From NCBI RefSeq assembly GCF_006345805.1, contig NC_043016.1:7812001-7876000 (forward strand): 64,000 bases of DNA. The letters run 5' to 3'. Origin of the DNA: Octopus sinensis. Taxonomy: Eukaryota. The translations under genes and the position numbers were made by a program. The notes beneath the pieces were generated by a model. It did no database searches. It worked only from the letters and a program-made list of their open reading frames with translations, and was not told the origin of the DNA. Positions 38,757-52,535 of this stretch are shown here, in pieces (position 1 is the stretch's first letter; each line of letters starts with the position of its first letter).

Positions 38757-38787
<31 letters not shown>

Positions 38788-38790
38788 GTA

Positions 38791-38823
<33 letters not shown>

Positions 38824-39009
38824 ACATGTGTGTGTATGCATCATGATATACAAAATAATGCATTTATAAATATTAGTTGTTTACATCTGTCTATCTACCT
38901 ATATATATATATATCATGCCAGCATGATATATATGTTAAATGATGATGACGTATACATATATATATCAAGGTTCACACACAATCACAATCACATGCACAT
39001 ATATATGCA

Positions 39010-39199
39010 GGTGGCACGTAAAAAGCACCCACTACACTCACGGAGTGGTTGGCGTTAGGAAGGGCATCCAGCTGTAGAAACATTGCCAGATTAGACTGGA
39101 GCCTGGTGCAGCCTTCTGGCTTCCCAGAACCCCGGTCGAACCGTCCAACCCATGCTAGCATGGAGAACGGACGTTAAACGACGACGATGATGATGATGA

Positions 39200-39200
<1 letters not shown>
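39010..39200 (+). mobile_element. 3' end of the RTE family or an RTE-tailed SINE
   Basis: Reverse complement of 36335-36520 (GGAAGGGCATCCAGCTGTAGAAA..CCCATGCTAGCATGGA..GTTAAACGACGATGATG). Confidence 0.8.
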
Positions 39201-39241
<41 letters not shown>

Positions 39242-39330
39242 CACACACACACATGCAGACATACATATATACATGTGTACATAATACATATATGTATGAG
39301 TGTGTGAGTGAGTATGATGTGTGTATATGT

Positions 39331-39370
<40 letters not shown>

Positions 39371-40115
39371 GTGTGTGTGTGTAAGTGTGTGTGTGTGAGG
39401 GTATGTGTATATATGTAAGTATGTGTGAACATTTGGGGAAATATATCTAAATACTTTCATAACAACATTCAGCAGCCACTCCTGTCACTGAAAGAGCTTG
39501 CCACACCTCATTCCAGTAAACTCCAGCTGTTCAAGACAACAACAGAGTCCTCCCTGTGGTCGCTGAAGCTACTAGAAATAGCAGCCAAATCTCCCTTAGA
39601 TCGTACAAACCTACCTGCTTATAGCAGGAAACGACACATTAGATAATGCAACATTATATAACCCCCTAAAGAGATGGGATAGGTATAGCTGATATGTTCT
39701 TTGATCATAGGTTTGCTTCATCAAAACTGAACCTGGGGCTAAACAAAAGCAACAATGACAACAACAACAGCAACAAATGGATTCAAAATTAAGCAGGCAG
39801 ACAGATATATATATATATATATGTTAATAAAATAGAACATATGCATATATATAAACATATATGTACGTACCTACCTCTACATGTACATATACACGCATAT
39901 ATGTGTACAGGACACCAAAAAGACGTCGAACACATAGAGAGACGAAAAACATAGACACAAACCAAGGAACAGGACAAGCAAAAAAAAAGAGATACAGGAC
40001 AATAAGCACAACGAAAAATCCCCTTCTTCAGTCGCTAAGGTTTCATCTACTAAACGTTTCGAAGGATAAAAGCGAGACGTATACTTCGAAGAAACTTCCT
40101 TCCTGCGAAAAGCAA

Positions 40116-40149
<34 letters not shown>

Positions 40150-40163
40150 TATATATATATATA

Positions 40164-40226
<63 letters not shown>

Positions 40227-40269
40227 ATATATATTAATATATATATATATAATATGTTATATATATGTA

Positions 40270-40301
<32 letters not shown>

Positions 40302-40344
40302 TGTGTGTGTGTGTTGTATATATATATATATATATATATATGTG

Positions 40345-40380
<36 letters not shown>

Positions 40381-40671
40381 GTATTATAATATATATGTGT
40401 GTGTGTGTATATATATTATATAATATATATATATATATATATATACATATATATGTGTGTATATATTTATATGTATATATATGTACATGTTTATATACAC
40501 ATACACGCATACACACACATATACATATGCAAACATATAAAGAGAGATAAATAAAGATGGAAAGAGAGGAAGAAAAAGAGAGAGAGGGGGAAACAAGACA
40601 CACATTTCTACATTTGCATCTTAATTCACATTCATGTGCGCACACGCACACACACACACACACACATAAAC

Positions 40672-40925
40672 AGAGGCATGGCTGTGTGACTAAGAAGTTC
40701 ATTTTGAAGGCACGTAGTTGTAGGTTCAATCTGATTCTGTACCATCTTGGGCATCTAGCTGCCTTCTATTATAGCTTTGGGCCAACCAAAGTCTTCTGAG
40801 TAGATTCCACAAAAGAGACCCAATAGAAATAAGTACCAGGCTTAAAAATTAATTGATTTGTTTAACTAAAAATTCTTCAATGTGGTGCCCCAGCATGGCC
40901 ACAGTCTAATGACTGAAATGAATAT
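40672..40925 (+). mobile_element. Degenerate, internally deleted SINE family A
   Basis: GGCATGGCTGTGTGACTAAGAAGTT head and GTGCCCCAGCATGGCCACAGTCTAATGACTGAAA tail. Confidence 0.6.
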
Positions 40926-41988
40926 TAGATAAAATACAGTATTATTGTTGTCTCTGCTCCAATATTCATAGCATGAGGCTCATCTCTGTAACATTGGATT
41001 TTATTTTTCTAATTTCTAAATATTGTTCTAATGTTTTTTTCATGCAAAAACACAAAATTAAAAGAAACCTGATTTTATTTTTCAATCCAAAACATCGAAA
41101 CTACCGGAAGTAGACATAGACATATTTTTAAATGCATGAACTCATAGGCATACATATGCACACACACACACACATGTGCACACTCACACACACATGCACA
41201 CGCATGCACACACACATGCACGAGCACACACACACACACACACACACTTATATATTTAGATTTTCAAAGACCCTTTTATCTTCCTTCTGGCACTTTAAGA
41301 AAAAGAACAAAAACAGGAAAAAAAACGGAAAAAAAAGAAAAAAAGAGAAAAAAAAACAAAAGTGCTCTCAGTGATGACCACACCCCATCCTAGAACTGAC
41401 TTCTTGGAGAAGTGACCATCCTTGAACTCATTTCTAAAAAAAGGTAAATGACTAAATAAATGAATAAATAAATGAATGGAAGTCAAAATTGAAGGGAGGT
41501 CCCTCCCTCCTCCCCCTCTCTCTACTTATCTATCTGTCTATCTGTTTGTCTATCTATCTATCTATCTATCTACCTATCTGTCTATTTCCATTGTCCTGGA
41601 ACCTCACCCAAAAGAAACAAAATGTTCTATTTTTCTAAACAAAACAAAAAAATATCTGTTTTATATAAATAAACAACCTGTTTGTACATTCACAAAAAAA
41701 TTTCATTTGACAGGTTAAAAAAACAAACAAAAGCGCTAATAATAATGATGAAATAAGAAAAACTCTTTTTCCAAAATTCTGGCGACCTCCTTTTTTCTCA
41801 ATATTAAATATCTGCACACCACTTGATCACTAAAACCAACACATTTTTTTATTTTTATTCTCTCTCTGTTTATTTCCTCTTATTTCTTTCTGTTGAAGAG
41901 CAAAGGTTCGAAATGTTAAAGACTTTGTCACTTCCCCAAGTGTCAAACTAATATACCTGTCTTTGTCTTTTGTTTTTCTGTAAATTTC

Positions 41989-42024
<36 letters not shown>

Positions 42025-42189
42025 TAGTGATTTCAGATTACAAGCAAGAAGAATTCTAAGAAGCAAGCCAGTTTGGAAAAGAAGGACCAGGAAGCTTAAG
42101 AATTCTCTGAATTGTCTGAGATTTCGATTTGTTCTAACTGAAGCATTTAATGAGAAGGAGAAGTTATAGATATGTAGCATAGAGGATAA

Positions 42190-43090
42190 CTATAAGTTCC
42201 TACAAGACAACTTACTTAGAGCCACAGACCAAATTTGTGGGTGGTGCAAAGTCCCAACCAGACCTAGGATGACATGGTAGAAAGCGATGTGAGGACCAGC
42301 AGCTTGAAGTGTTTTGGCTTGCTAGACAACAGTATGTCAGAGAAAATAGCAATGTTGTTGAAGAAAAGTGCATTCACATGAATGATGGTTCATTTGCAGT
42401 TAGTAACTCTGTGAAGAAAGAGTCTTGGAAGTGCCACTATGAAAGGCTGCTAAATGTAGAGAACTTGTGGAAGAAGGAGAGGTTGCCTAATGTGGATCCA
42501 ACAGAGGGACCAGCAATCCAAATAGAGAGTAGTTTGTTAGATAAAGCCATAAAGGATATGAAGATGAAGAAAGCTCCTGGCCCATCAGGAATCACTGCTG
42601 AGATGCATAAATATCTAGTGGTGTGGACTATGGCCTCATTGCCCATATGGTCAATCAGGTCGTACATATGGGAGTCATACCCAATGACTAGTGTAGTAGC
42701 ACAATAGTCAACTGATACAAAGGCAAAAGCTATGTCTTAGACAGAAATAATTACAGAGCTATAAGACTGTTTGGTCTGGTGATGAAAGTTATGGAGAGGG
42801 TTGTAGCCCAGCTAATTAGTAAGAGAGTTAGTCTAGACGAGATTCAGTTTGGTTTTTGTGTCAAGGAGAAACACCAATATATTCCTGGTAAGGCAGCTGC
42901 AGAAGTATCTAGCCAAAAATAAACCTCTGTGCTAGACTTTTGGTGACATGGAGAAAGCCTTTGACAGTGTCCCCTGCTCTCTTATCTGGTGATATTGTGT
43001 AAACTAAGGATGGAAATCTGTAGAAGCCATGTACAGGGATGCTGTCAGTAAAGTGAGGAATGACAACAAGTATAGTGATGAATTCAGTGT
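42190..43090 (+). mobile_element. RTE-clade RT relic
   Basis: WKCHYERLLNVEN..KKAPGPSGITAEM..NYRAI..MKVMERVV..DMEKAFDSVP with stops and frameshifts. Confidence 0.85.
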
Positions 43091-43119
43091 ACAATATATA
43101 TATATATAATATATATATA

Positions 43120-43159
<40 letters not shown>

Positions 43160-43190
43160 GGGGGTGGATGGATGGATGGATGGATGAATG

Positions 43191-43228
<38 letters not shown>

Positions 43229-44905
43229 CAGGTAGACAAACAGACAGACACAAAGGCATACACTGATACATACATTAAACAAGTTATGCATCTGTACGTA
43301 TTGTGCAAGAAAACATCAGTAACATTGACAGGATTAGTACCCTCTTCTGGACCTGTGATAAATACATCAAATCATGCCAGAAGACAGTTGCTAAAAACCT
43401 GGTCAACTAGAGAGATCAAGAATGCGTTTAGTCCTTCATATTGTCATAGAAAATACTGATTGTACTGTGCCAGTGGCACTTAAAGGGCACCATTTAAGCG
43501 TGATCATTACCAGCGTATAGATTTTTATTTTATCAATTATCACAGGTGTGTTAGGCTATACAACAACAGATTTAGTTAAAAGCAGGGAAAATATGCGGTT
43601 CTCCAAGAAAGAATAAAGTAAACTGATTCTCTTTTAATAAACACAATCGGTTAATAGTACTGGGAAAATTTGTATAAAATTCTAGGGATTATCTATTTGA
43701 GGTCCATGGACTGAACATGCATACAAAATCACATGTGCATGTAGAATCCACATACATGCATATCCATGAGCAGTAATAAGACACAGACACTTGTGAACTA
43801 AGGTGACATGCATATTCTTTATGCTAGTGCAAATTTATTCGTGTGTATATACATAGTCACTTATACACATATAGATATATGCACATACTAATCAGTTCAC
43901 ACAAAAGAGCTGTCTTGGATTACACAAAAGAGTGAATCTTATAGTGCAACAGCTAAAAGAAAACTTAAATAATCCCAAAGAAAAACATTTATAAAGATTG
44001 GTAGGACAAACAAAAGAAATAGAATTCAACAGAATGGAGTAAAACATGTATGAATCATTTTATTAATTAGTTGTAAAGCTACATAAGTGTTTCAAAGGTC
44101 GAGAGTCTCCTGTGTTGACATGTTGATATGTTCAATCAACAAAATTCTCAGACCTTGGATCATTTATATAGCTTTGCAACGAAATAATAAGGTATGTTTG
44201 CATATATAAATGTAAATGTGAGTGTTTGTATGTGTATCATACTAGCAACATGAAAATGATAGATTATTAGTAAAATTACACTGAACTTAATGATAATGGA
44301 TACCCTCAAGATGTTGATGTTTTTCTCCATCAATTATCTCAAAAAAAAAATGCTAACTAGTGCATTTGGCTGCACTCAAATACAAAGTAAACAGAAATGA
44401 CAAAGTAAACAGGATGTTGGATTGTCCTAACTCAACTAACCAATAACCTTATATATTTTCTTTCTTTTAATTATATCTTGTTTTAATTATTGTGTACTTT
44501 TAAGATTATTTCTGTGCAGATATGTGTAAGATTATGCATATACACATGAGTCAGCATATGCATCTACATTTATATAAATGTATGTATGATTATGTACATA
44601 TAAATATTTGTGTGCGAGTATGTATATATGTATATGTATTTATTACCATTGGTAATTGACAGAAGTTACAAAGTGGCTCAAGAGAAAGAGTTTTGTGCAT
44701 TGATACTTATCATTTTAATAAGTGCCAATGCATGAAACTCTCAACCTTTGAGTCACTCTGCAACTTCTGCCAATTATTATTAATATTAGTTTTATTAAGT
44801 CAAAATTAAAAGAAGAGTGCCATTGTTATCTAGTGAACGATATTTCCACATCTTGTGTGTTTTCAACAGGTTCAAAAAGTAATTTTGTCAATCTACTTCA
44901 ATTTG

Positions 44906-45081
44906 GTTAATATATAAAGGATTGAGGTAACTCCTTCTGAAGATATAGAGTCAAAATTAAAAGAAGAGTGCCATTGTCATCTAGTGAACAATATTTCGAC
45001 ATATGGATGACAATGGCACTCTTCTTTAAATTTTGACTCTATATCTTCTATAGGAGTTACCTCAATCCTTTATATATTAAC
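44906..45081. repeat. Hairpin with 76-bp arms and 24-nt loop, plus upstream 54-bp direct repeat
   Basis: 44906-44981 vs reverse complement of 45006-45081 matches 72/76; 44798-44851 repeats 44949-45002 with 3 mismatches. Confidence 0.95.
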
Positions 45082-45149
45082 TTTATTATTATTAATAATG
45101 AATATATATACTCATGTTTAAGTTAAATTTTCCTGTTTGCACTAGTTGA

Positions 45150-45560
45150 TCCTTATTCATTTCAGGCATTGTTTAGGCAGCCTTCAGTGAAGCCTTGGTA
45201 TTGTTGATTAATCTCCCTTTCAACAATGCCCCAAGTATAGTAGATCATTGCATTTAAATCTGGTGAGTTTGAGGCCACAAGTTTGGTGTTATGTAATCAT
45301 AAAGTCAGTCTCACATCCATTCATGAATTGCATGGGTTTTGTAAGAAGTGATGTGTCTTATTGAAACACATATGGCTTTCCACTTCATACTTCATCTATC
45401 CAGGTGGTAGGCATTGCTAGTTTGGGGTAAACTCTACAGGCATCGAAGGGCCATCAGCCAGGCTTGCCTGAGATGTGTGTAGAACAACAAAGCTGTTCTG
45501 TTTGCTCATGTCCAATGCCCAAACATCGTTGATTTGTGGGTTCATGTTGAATACCTGCTT
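45150..45560 (-). mobile_element. Old mariner relic
   Basis: Reverse frame ..NSPDLNAMIYYTWGIVE. Confidence 0.55.
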
Positions 45561-46267
45561 TCGTATGTAGAATAGATCCAGCCATCAGCTGAGTCATTTG
45601 TGAAGATCATCCTGTTCCCTTTCTTTGATCAGAAAGAGCAGGCAGTGCTTATTTGTCTGGTTGTGTGGTGACTGAAAGGGCTGAAGACAGATATTTTCCT
45701 CTTTGATCAAGCCCTCATCAGCTTTTTCACATTTTACTTGAAAAGGAAAGGGAAAGTAAAAAAATATGTGCTGCCTCCTAGCAAATTTATTGAAAGGTGA
45801 GTGAATGTGACAGGATTGGTCCAAGTGAATAGACCTACTCTAAACAGGTGCTGGTGGACTGAAAAAAAATGATGTAGAGAGGGCACTTGCCCTTATGTTC
45901 AGAGCAACTGGGATTTTGTAGGGTTTTCATGAGGAGCCCAAGCAAGTCTCTCTCTCCTTTGGAAAATAATTGATTGTTAAAATTCCTTTTCTTTATGTAA
46001 ATCCACATTGTATTATTCAGTACCATCCGTAGCAATTCTTGTAAACCATTAGTGGTAAATAAAGAAAGCATTATCATTATTTTTCTTTTAACTTGGGATC
46101 TGTTGGAACTCCTGGGGTCTTGCTACTGCAGCCTACAGTACCATGCTATCTGTTCTTTTTAATACTTTTAATACTAATACTTTCCTGATAGTTCTGGCCA
46201 TGCCAAGGATGCAAACCTTTTGTGACAACTCTATTGGACAATCTATTACCATTTCCTTGGTGGTGGA

Positions 46268-46465
46268 CTGGCAGAATTGTTAGCAGGCTGAATGAAATGC
46301 TTAGCAGTATTTTGCCTATCACTCCCTTTTGAGTTCTCATTCTGCTGAGGTTGACGTTGCTTTTCATTCTTTCAGGGTTGATTAAATACCAGTTGAAAAC
46401 TGGGTGATGTAATAGACACATCCCCACCCACAAATTTTTGCCCTTGTGGAAAAATTTGAAACCAT
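46268..46465 (+). mobile_element. SINE family B variant with (ATT)n tail
   Basis: Diverged family B body ending AAATTTGAAACC(ATT)n. Confidence 0.7.
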
Positions 46466-46485
46466 TATTATTATTATTATTATTA

Positions 46486-46532
<47 letters not shown>

Positions 46533-47087
46533 GAGTGAGAGAGCAGTGCATGCCATCAAAGTGACACTGCGGTAAAATATATGAAGCCCAGTATACCCAT
46601 CATGACTACCTGTCTGATAAGGGTACACCAGGCACATGCATCACAACCATATGTGCACAACATGGTGATCTCATATCAAAATAAACAGTGCATGACCTTG
46701 CAGGTGGGGCCCAGTTAGAATTTTCTTCTGGTCGAGTAACCCATCCCGCTCAAAAGGTCCCTGAATAAGGGTGGTTTAAGGATGTTGAACGAAACACCCA
46801 TGTTTCCAGAGGTGAATTATCCAAACCCCAAAGAATTCCTCCCAATACATGGCTATGATGCTCCCCCACTACTTCTGCTCATGATCAGAGATGCACATAT
46901 AATCAGCCACTAAGGGACATGCTCAACTGGTTAAGGTCAAACAACTGACAAGCAAATCTGTGGTATTGAGCAGAATATTTGCTGTAGCCCATTTTTATAC
47001 CAAGACAAAACAATGTACATGATAACACTTCCGATCAGTTAAAATCAGAAGCCATGAGAGCCACTGTCTGGTACTGCATCAGGGCAT
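46533..47087 (-). mobile_element. ~555-bp non-coding (TAA)n-embedded element, copy 1
   Basis: Highly similar to 51893-52443 and 63612-64000; sense strand begins ATGCCCTGATGCAGTACCAG and ends CTCTCACTC(AAT)n. Strand is inferred from the tail. Confidence 0.85.
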
Positions 47088-47104
47088 TTATTCTTCTTCT
47101 TCTT

Positions 47105-47196
<92 letters not shown>

Positions 47197-47220
47197 CATC
47201 ATCATCATCATCATTATTTA

Positions 47221-49293
47221 TTGCCTTTGCACAGCTTCTAATGCTGGAGATGTACTACAGTGCCACCTATTCACTACCAGTGAACTAAGGAAACACCCCT
47301 TATTTTTTGAGCACCTTCCAGTGTATTCAAGCAGTTCCAAGCAGTGCTGTTTTCTGCAAGTGCTCCACCCTTATTGCAGCCCCTATTTGTTCCACATACT
47401 TCTCAAGATTTTTACTCACTGTTCCCAGGGCTCCAACAATTATTGGTACTATTACTACCTTTTTCATTGACCACAACTGCTTAACCTCCCAAGCTAACCT
47501 GTCATATCTATCGACTTTTCTTTCTTCCTTATTGCATACCTCTTTGTCAGCTGGGCATACTATATCTATGATCCAGCATAGTTTGCTTTCTTTCTCAATT
47601 AACACTATGTCTGGTTTCTTATTCTCTATCTCATGGTCGCACTGTATCATAAAATCCCATAGGATATTTGCATTATCATTTTCGATGATGCCTTTGGGTT
47701 TATGTTTGTACCACTTTTTTGCTCTGTCAAATCCATACTTGTTGCAAAGTGACCAATGGACAATCCTTGCTATATTGTCAAGACATCTCTTATATTCTTT
47801 ATAAGCTAGTGGCATTCCTTGACTGGTAATATGCCATATGACGTCACCATTTTGTCCACAAATTCTACACTTGTCACTTTCTGATGCGTTGTTTATTCTG
47901 TATTTGATGTAATTAGTTCTTAATGCATGCTCTTGGGCAGCACAGATTAGAGCATCTGTTTCCGGTTTTAAATTACTTTTAGTCATCCATAGCCATCTTT
48001 TTTCTCTGTCTGTCTTATCTTCAACATCCCTATGAAATTGACCATGCATTCTTTTCTTTATCCACCCATTTTCAGTTTCATTCATTTTCAATTTCTTGTA
48101 CAATGCTTTATCTTTGCAATCTTCCATCCTACACAGGCCTAAGCTTCTTGCTTCCAATAGTAGTGGTTCTGTGGCATTTTTTACATACCATGCTATGTTG
48201 TTTTCTTCTACTTATGTTCACATCCAATCAGTCCTCTTCCCCCTTCTTTCTTGGTACATAATCTCTCTGTGTCACTTTTTGGGCGGAGTATCCCATATCT
48301 AGTCAGCAATTTCTTTGTCTTTCTGTCTAATCTGCTTAGTTTGTCTACTGTTCATGCGATTACCCTTGCTCCATATCTAAGGAGGTAAACTGCCCAGGTG
48401 TTGATAGCTTCAATCTTATTCCATCTGTTTAATTTCAACTTAAGGATTAGTCTCAGTCTGCACAAGTACTCCACCTTAAATTTTTCTGTCATTTCTTTCT
48501 CCATCAATTTATCCATTTCCAAATTCCCCAAGTACTTATAGCCAGTCTCTTCAATCTGCTTCATAACCTCCCCTGACAGTATCGTTAGCCCATCCATACA
48601 TTTGATTTTGTCTTTCTTCAAGACTCACACACCACACTTTTTCAGTCAACGAGGGAACTGACTTGGGCTTCATCTTTACCATAGAGTTTGAGGTCATCCA
48701 TGAATAACAAATGGTTGACTTTTTGTTGGTGAGTTTTGAATACACATCCAGCTTTTGCTTTCCTCAGAATCAGTGTTAGTGGTATCATGCACAGTTCAAA
48801 GATCAGTGGGGACATCCAGTCCTCTTGGAAGATGCACTCCTAATTTTTACTGTCCCTAAACTTCTTCTGTATGCTGTCAGGTATATCTTCCAATTTGCCA
48901 TGCTTTTTCTATGCAATCACTCAACATTCGATGCAATATCAAATAGGTTCATACATTTTATAATCCAAGAATGTGGGGTCATATCGCATGTCTTACGGTA
49001 ATCGATCCATGACATGGCTAAGTTAATTTTCGTCCTCTTGCAGTCTCTAAGTACAGTTTTGTCTACCAAGGAGTTGATCATTAGTACCTCTGCACTTACG
49101 CTTGCAACCCTTCTGTTCATATGGCAGGATTCCATTTTCTTCCAGATGTCCGTACATTGGCCCTGCGACTATTCCAGTCAATAATTTCCACATAAGTGAC
49201 AAGCAGGATATCACCCTGTAATTGTCTACCATATTGCTTTTATCGATGTTTTCAAAGCACAGTACTGTCCTACCCATTGTCAACCACTCTGGT
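47221..49293 (-). mobile_element. R4/Dong-clade non-LTR retrotransposon, 5'-truncated, decayed
   Basis: RT motifs (WIDYRKTCDMTPHSW, FMDDLKL), CRICG..H..S CCHC-like motif, KPDIV..IDIV RLE, VPIIVGALG; (AAT)n on both sides. Confidence 0.92.
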
Positions 49294-49499
49294 GTTATTA
49301 TTATTATTATCTAATCTGCATGTTTGTTGCATTCACTTGCCGAGACACATCCAGCACCCTAGGACAAGTCAAGGATAAGAGATATTGAAATATAACTGAA
49401 AGCTTGGAGAGGGGAAGTGAGCAGGGAGTAGGAAAATATTTCTATGTAATACAACACAGACACTTAAATTGATAGGGTTTTTCTAAGGATGTGGGCAGT

Positions 49500-49870
49500 A
49501 CTTGTCAGCACAATCTTTTGGATTTCTGTGAGACATGGTTCTCCTGGGATGTTGTCTAGATGTTTCTGACATCCCTTTTTTTATCATACCTAGCTCATCT
49601 ACAATAACTGGAACAGTTTTTGCTTTTTAAGATGCTACATCTTTTGTATTGCAGTTTCCGGGTCCTTATATCTATTAAGTTTCTCAAATTCCTTTACAGA
49701 TATATTTTTATCAGTGGGAACACTTACATCTATTAGTCTGTTTTCCTCCTTGTCTTTAATAATTATGTCTGGTCATTTAGCCTGGATCGTTCTGTCAGTG
49801 TTGACTGGAAAATCCCAGAGGATAGTGATATTTTTACCTTCAATGACTAACTCAGGATGTTGTTCTAACC
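49500..49870 (-). mobile_element. R4/Dong 3' fragment
   Basis: ILWDFPVNTDRTIQAK*PDIIIKD..IDVSVP relic; (AAT)n at the 5' junction. Confidence 0.8.
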
Positions 49871-50009
49871 AGTTATTATTATTATTATTACTTTTTTTTT
49901 TCTTCTTTCAAATTTTCTTCCATTTCTTGCCGAGTGTCTTCCCGACTCCTAGGGCAAAGAAACTCATAGTGTATATTGGTTGGCCATTAAACCAAACTCA
50001 GTAGTCCGT

Positions 50010-50865
50010 TCATTTTTTTTTTTTTTTTTTTTTTAAAGTTAAATTAAAATACATGAGCAGCAACAGTTCTCACATCGACAATGCTCTTCTCAATACGTGT
50101 GATGTACCAGTTAAGACAATCTTTTGCACTTCTTGCAGGGATGGTAAGCCAGGGATCATTCTCATATAATTTTCGGTTCCCTTCTTGATCATTCTAGTGC
50201 TCCTACGATCACTGGTATTGTAACCGCCTTGAGATGCCACATTTTCTCAATTTCAATGAGTAGGTCTTTTTATTTTCTGAGCTTGTCAAACTCTTTCGCT
50301 GAGATATTATGATCACAGGGGATGCTCATGTCGATCAATAAGCAAACTTTATTGTTTTGGTCTTTCACAACAATATCTGGTTTATTGGCCTTGATGGTTC
50401 GGTCTGTATGTACTGGAAAGTCCCACAGAATGGTTACATTTTCTCCTTCAGTTACAGCCTCAGGTGGTGATTATACCACTTGTCGGCAGTTTTGATATTG
50501 TAATGCCGACTTATTAGCCAGTGGAGATATTGGCCAACTCTGTCATGTCTTAATTTATACTCCACTGGTGCTAAGACTTTACTTCCAGAGATTAGGTGGT
50601 CCACTGTTTCAATCATGTCGTTGCAGAATCGGCATTTTGGTCTGCTCCATTTTTCATCACATTGGCCTGGTAGTTCCGGGTTGATAGGCTTTGGTCTTGA
50701 GCAGCCAGGATGAAACCTTCGCTCTCTGCTTTTAGCCCTGAGCTCCGCAGCCACTGATGGGTTGCTTCTGGTCAACATCAGCTTGTTTGCTGCGGGTCAC
50801 ATATTTGCCGTGCAGAGGTTCTTCTCCCACCTATCAGCAATTGCTCGTGCGCTTTTTTCATTGCC
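50010..50865 (-). mobile_element. R4/Dong 3' fragment
   Basis: PLHGKY..CRFCNDMIETVDHLISG..RHDRVGQYLHW; starts directly after (AAT)n. Confidence 0.85.
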
Positions 50866-50902
50866 ATCATTTTCACCATTATTATTATTATTATTATCAT
50901 CA

Positions 50903-50984
<82 letters not shown>

Positions 50985-51009
50985 TCGTTTAACATCTGCT
51001 TTCCATGCT

Positions 51010-51515
51010 TATTAGTGGCTGTAGCGAAAGAGGTGGTATGGTGGACCCGTTTGAAAGGGCTAAAGTCAGACACTTTCCTCTTTGGCCAAAGCCTCATCAA
51101 CTTTTTCAAGTTCCACTTGAAAAAGGAAGGTGAGAGCAGAGAGGGCAGTGCTGTCTTGCAGCTAATTTATTGAAAGGTGGGCGAATGTCAGAAGAATGGC
51201 CAGTATGAATGGACCAATTCTGAGGTTACACCTGTAACAAAAAAGGTAATATAAAAGGAGAAAGGGGCTCTCTACACCCCTTTTGACCAGGCTCCCGTGG
51301 CTTTTATGGGTTTTTCCATGAGCAACCTTTCGAAGTGCCTCCCCCTATTGGGAGTTTTAATTGTTATACATTTTTATTGTTATCTTAAATGTTATCTTCC
51401 ATTTTTACATGGACTTTTCTCTCGGACAAAAACCTTTTTGTAACTTTCGTCCTGTATTTTGTCCTTACATGTTTTATTTGATTTTTGTTAGCCCTTGTGG
51501 TCAATAAACAAGAAT
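51010..51515 (+). mobile_element. LINE 3' end, possibly L1/Tx1-like; related fragment at about 45690-45830
   Basis: WWTRLKGLKSDTFLFGQSLINFFKFHLKK; T-rich 3' UTR with AATAAA. Confidence 0.35.
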
Positions 51516-51578
51516 TAATTATTATTATTATTATTATTGTTATCATTATTATTATTACTATTGTTATTATTGTTATTA

Positions 51579-51790
51579 AGGCAGCAAATTGACAGAATTA
51601 TTAGCTCACTGGACAAAATGCTTAGCAACATTTCGTCCATCTTTACATTCTGAGTTCAAATTCCACCAAGGTCGACTCTGCCTTTCATCCTTTCAGGGTC
51701 AATAACATAAGTACCAGTTAAGAACTGGAGTCAATGTAATCAATTTATCCCCTCCCCTATACTTGTTTGTCTTGTACCAAAATTTGAAAT
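51579..51790 (+). mobile_element. SINE family B variant with (ATT)n tail
   Basis: Diverged family B body ending AAATTTGAA(ATT)n. Confidence 0.75.
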
Positions 51791-51812
51791 TATTATTATT
51801 ATTATTGTTGTT

Positions 51813-51885
<73 letters not shown>

Positions 51886-51892
51886 TATTATT

Positions 51893-52443
51893 GTGTGAGA
51901 GAGCAGTTCATGCCATCAAAGTGACACTGGGGTAAAATATACGAAGCCCAGTATACCCATCATGACTACCTGTCTGATAAGGGTACACCAGGCACATGCA
52001 TCACAACCATATGTGCGCGACATTGTGATCTCATATCAAGATAAACAGCACATGACCTTGCAGGTGGGGCCCAGTTAGAAATTTCTTCAGGTTGAGTAGC
52101 CCATCCTGCTCAAAAGGTCCCTGAATATGGGTTGTTTAAGGATGTTGAAAGAATCACCCATGTTTCCAGAGGTGAATAATTAAAACCCCAAAGAATCCCT
52201 CTCAACACATGGCTATGATGCTCCCCCACTACTTCTGCTCGTGATCAGAGATGCACATATCGTCAGCTACTAAGGGATATGCTCAACTGGTTAAGGTCAA
52301 ACAACTGACAAGCAAATCTGTGGTATTGAACAGAATATTTGCTGTAGCCCATCTTTTATACCAAGACAAAACAATGTACATGATAACACTTCCAATCAGT
52401 TAAGATCAGAAGCCATGAGAGCCAGTGCCTGGTACTGCATCAG
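51893..52443 (-). mobile_element. ~555-bp (TAA)n-embedded element, copy 2
   Basis: Colinear with 46533-47087 over its full length. Confidence 0.85.
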
Positions 52444-52496
52444 TATTATTATCATTATTATTATTATCATTATTATTATTATCATTATTATTATTA

Positions 52497-52532
<36 letters not shown>

Positions 52533-52535
<3 letters not shown>

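Noticed and set aside
40010-40100. GAAAC and CTGAAGA on the minus strand as a type II hammerhead
   Set aside because: No room for helix I and helix III is mismatched.
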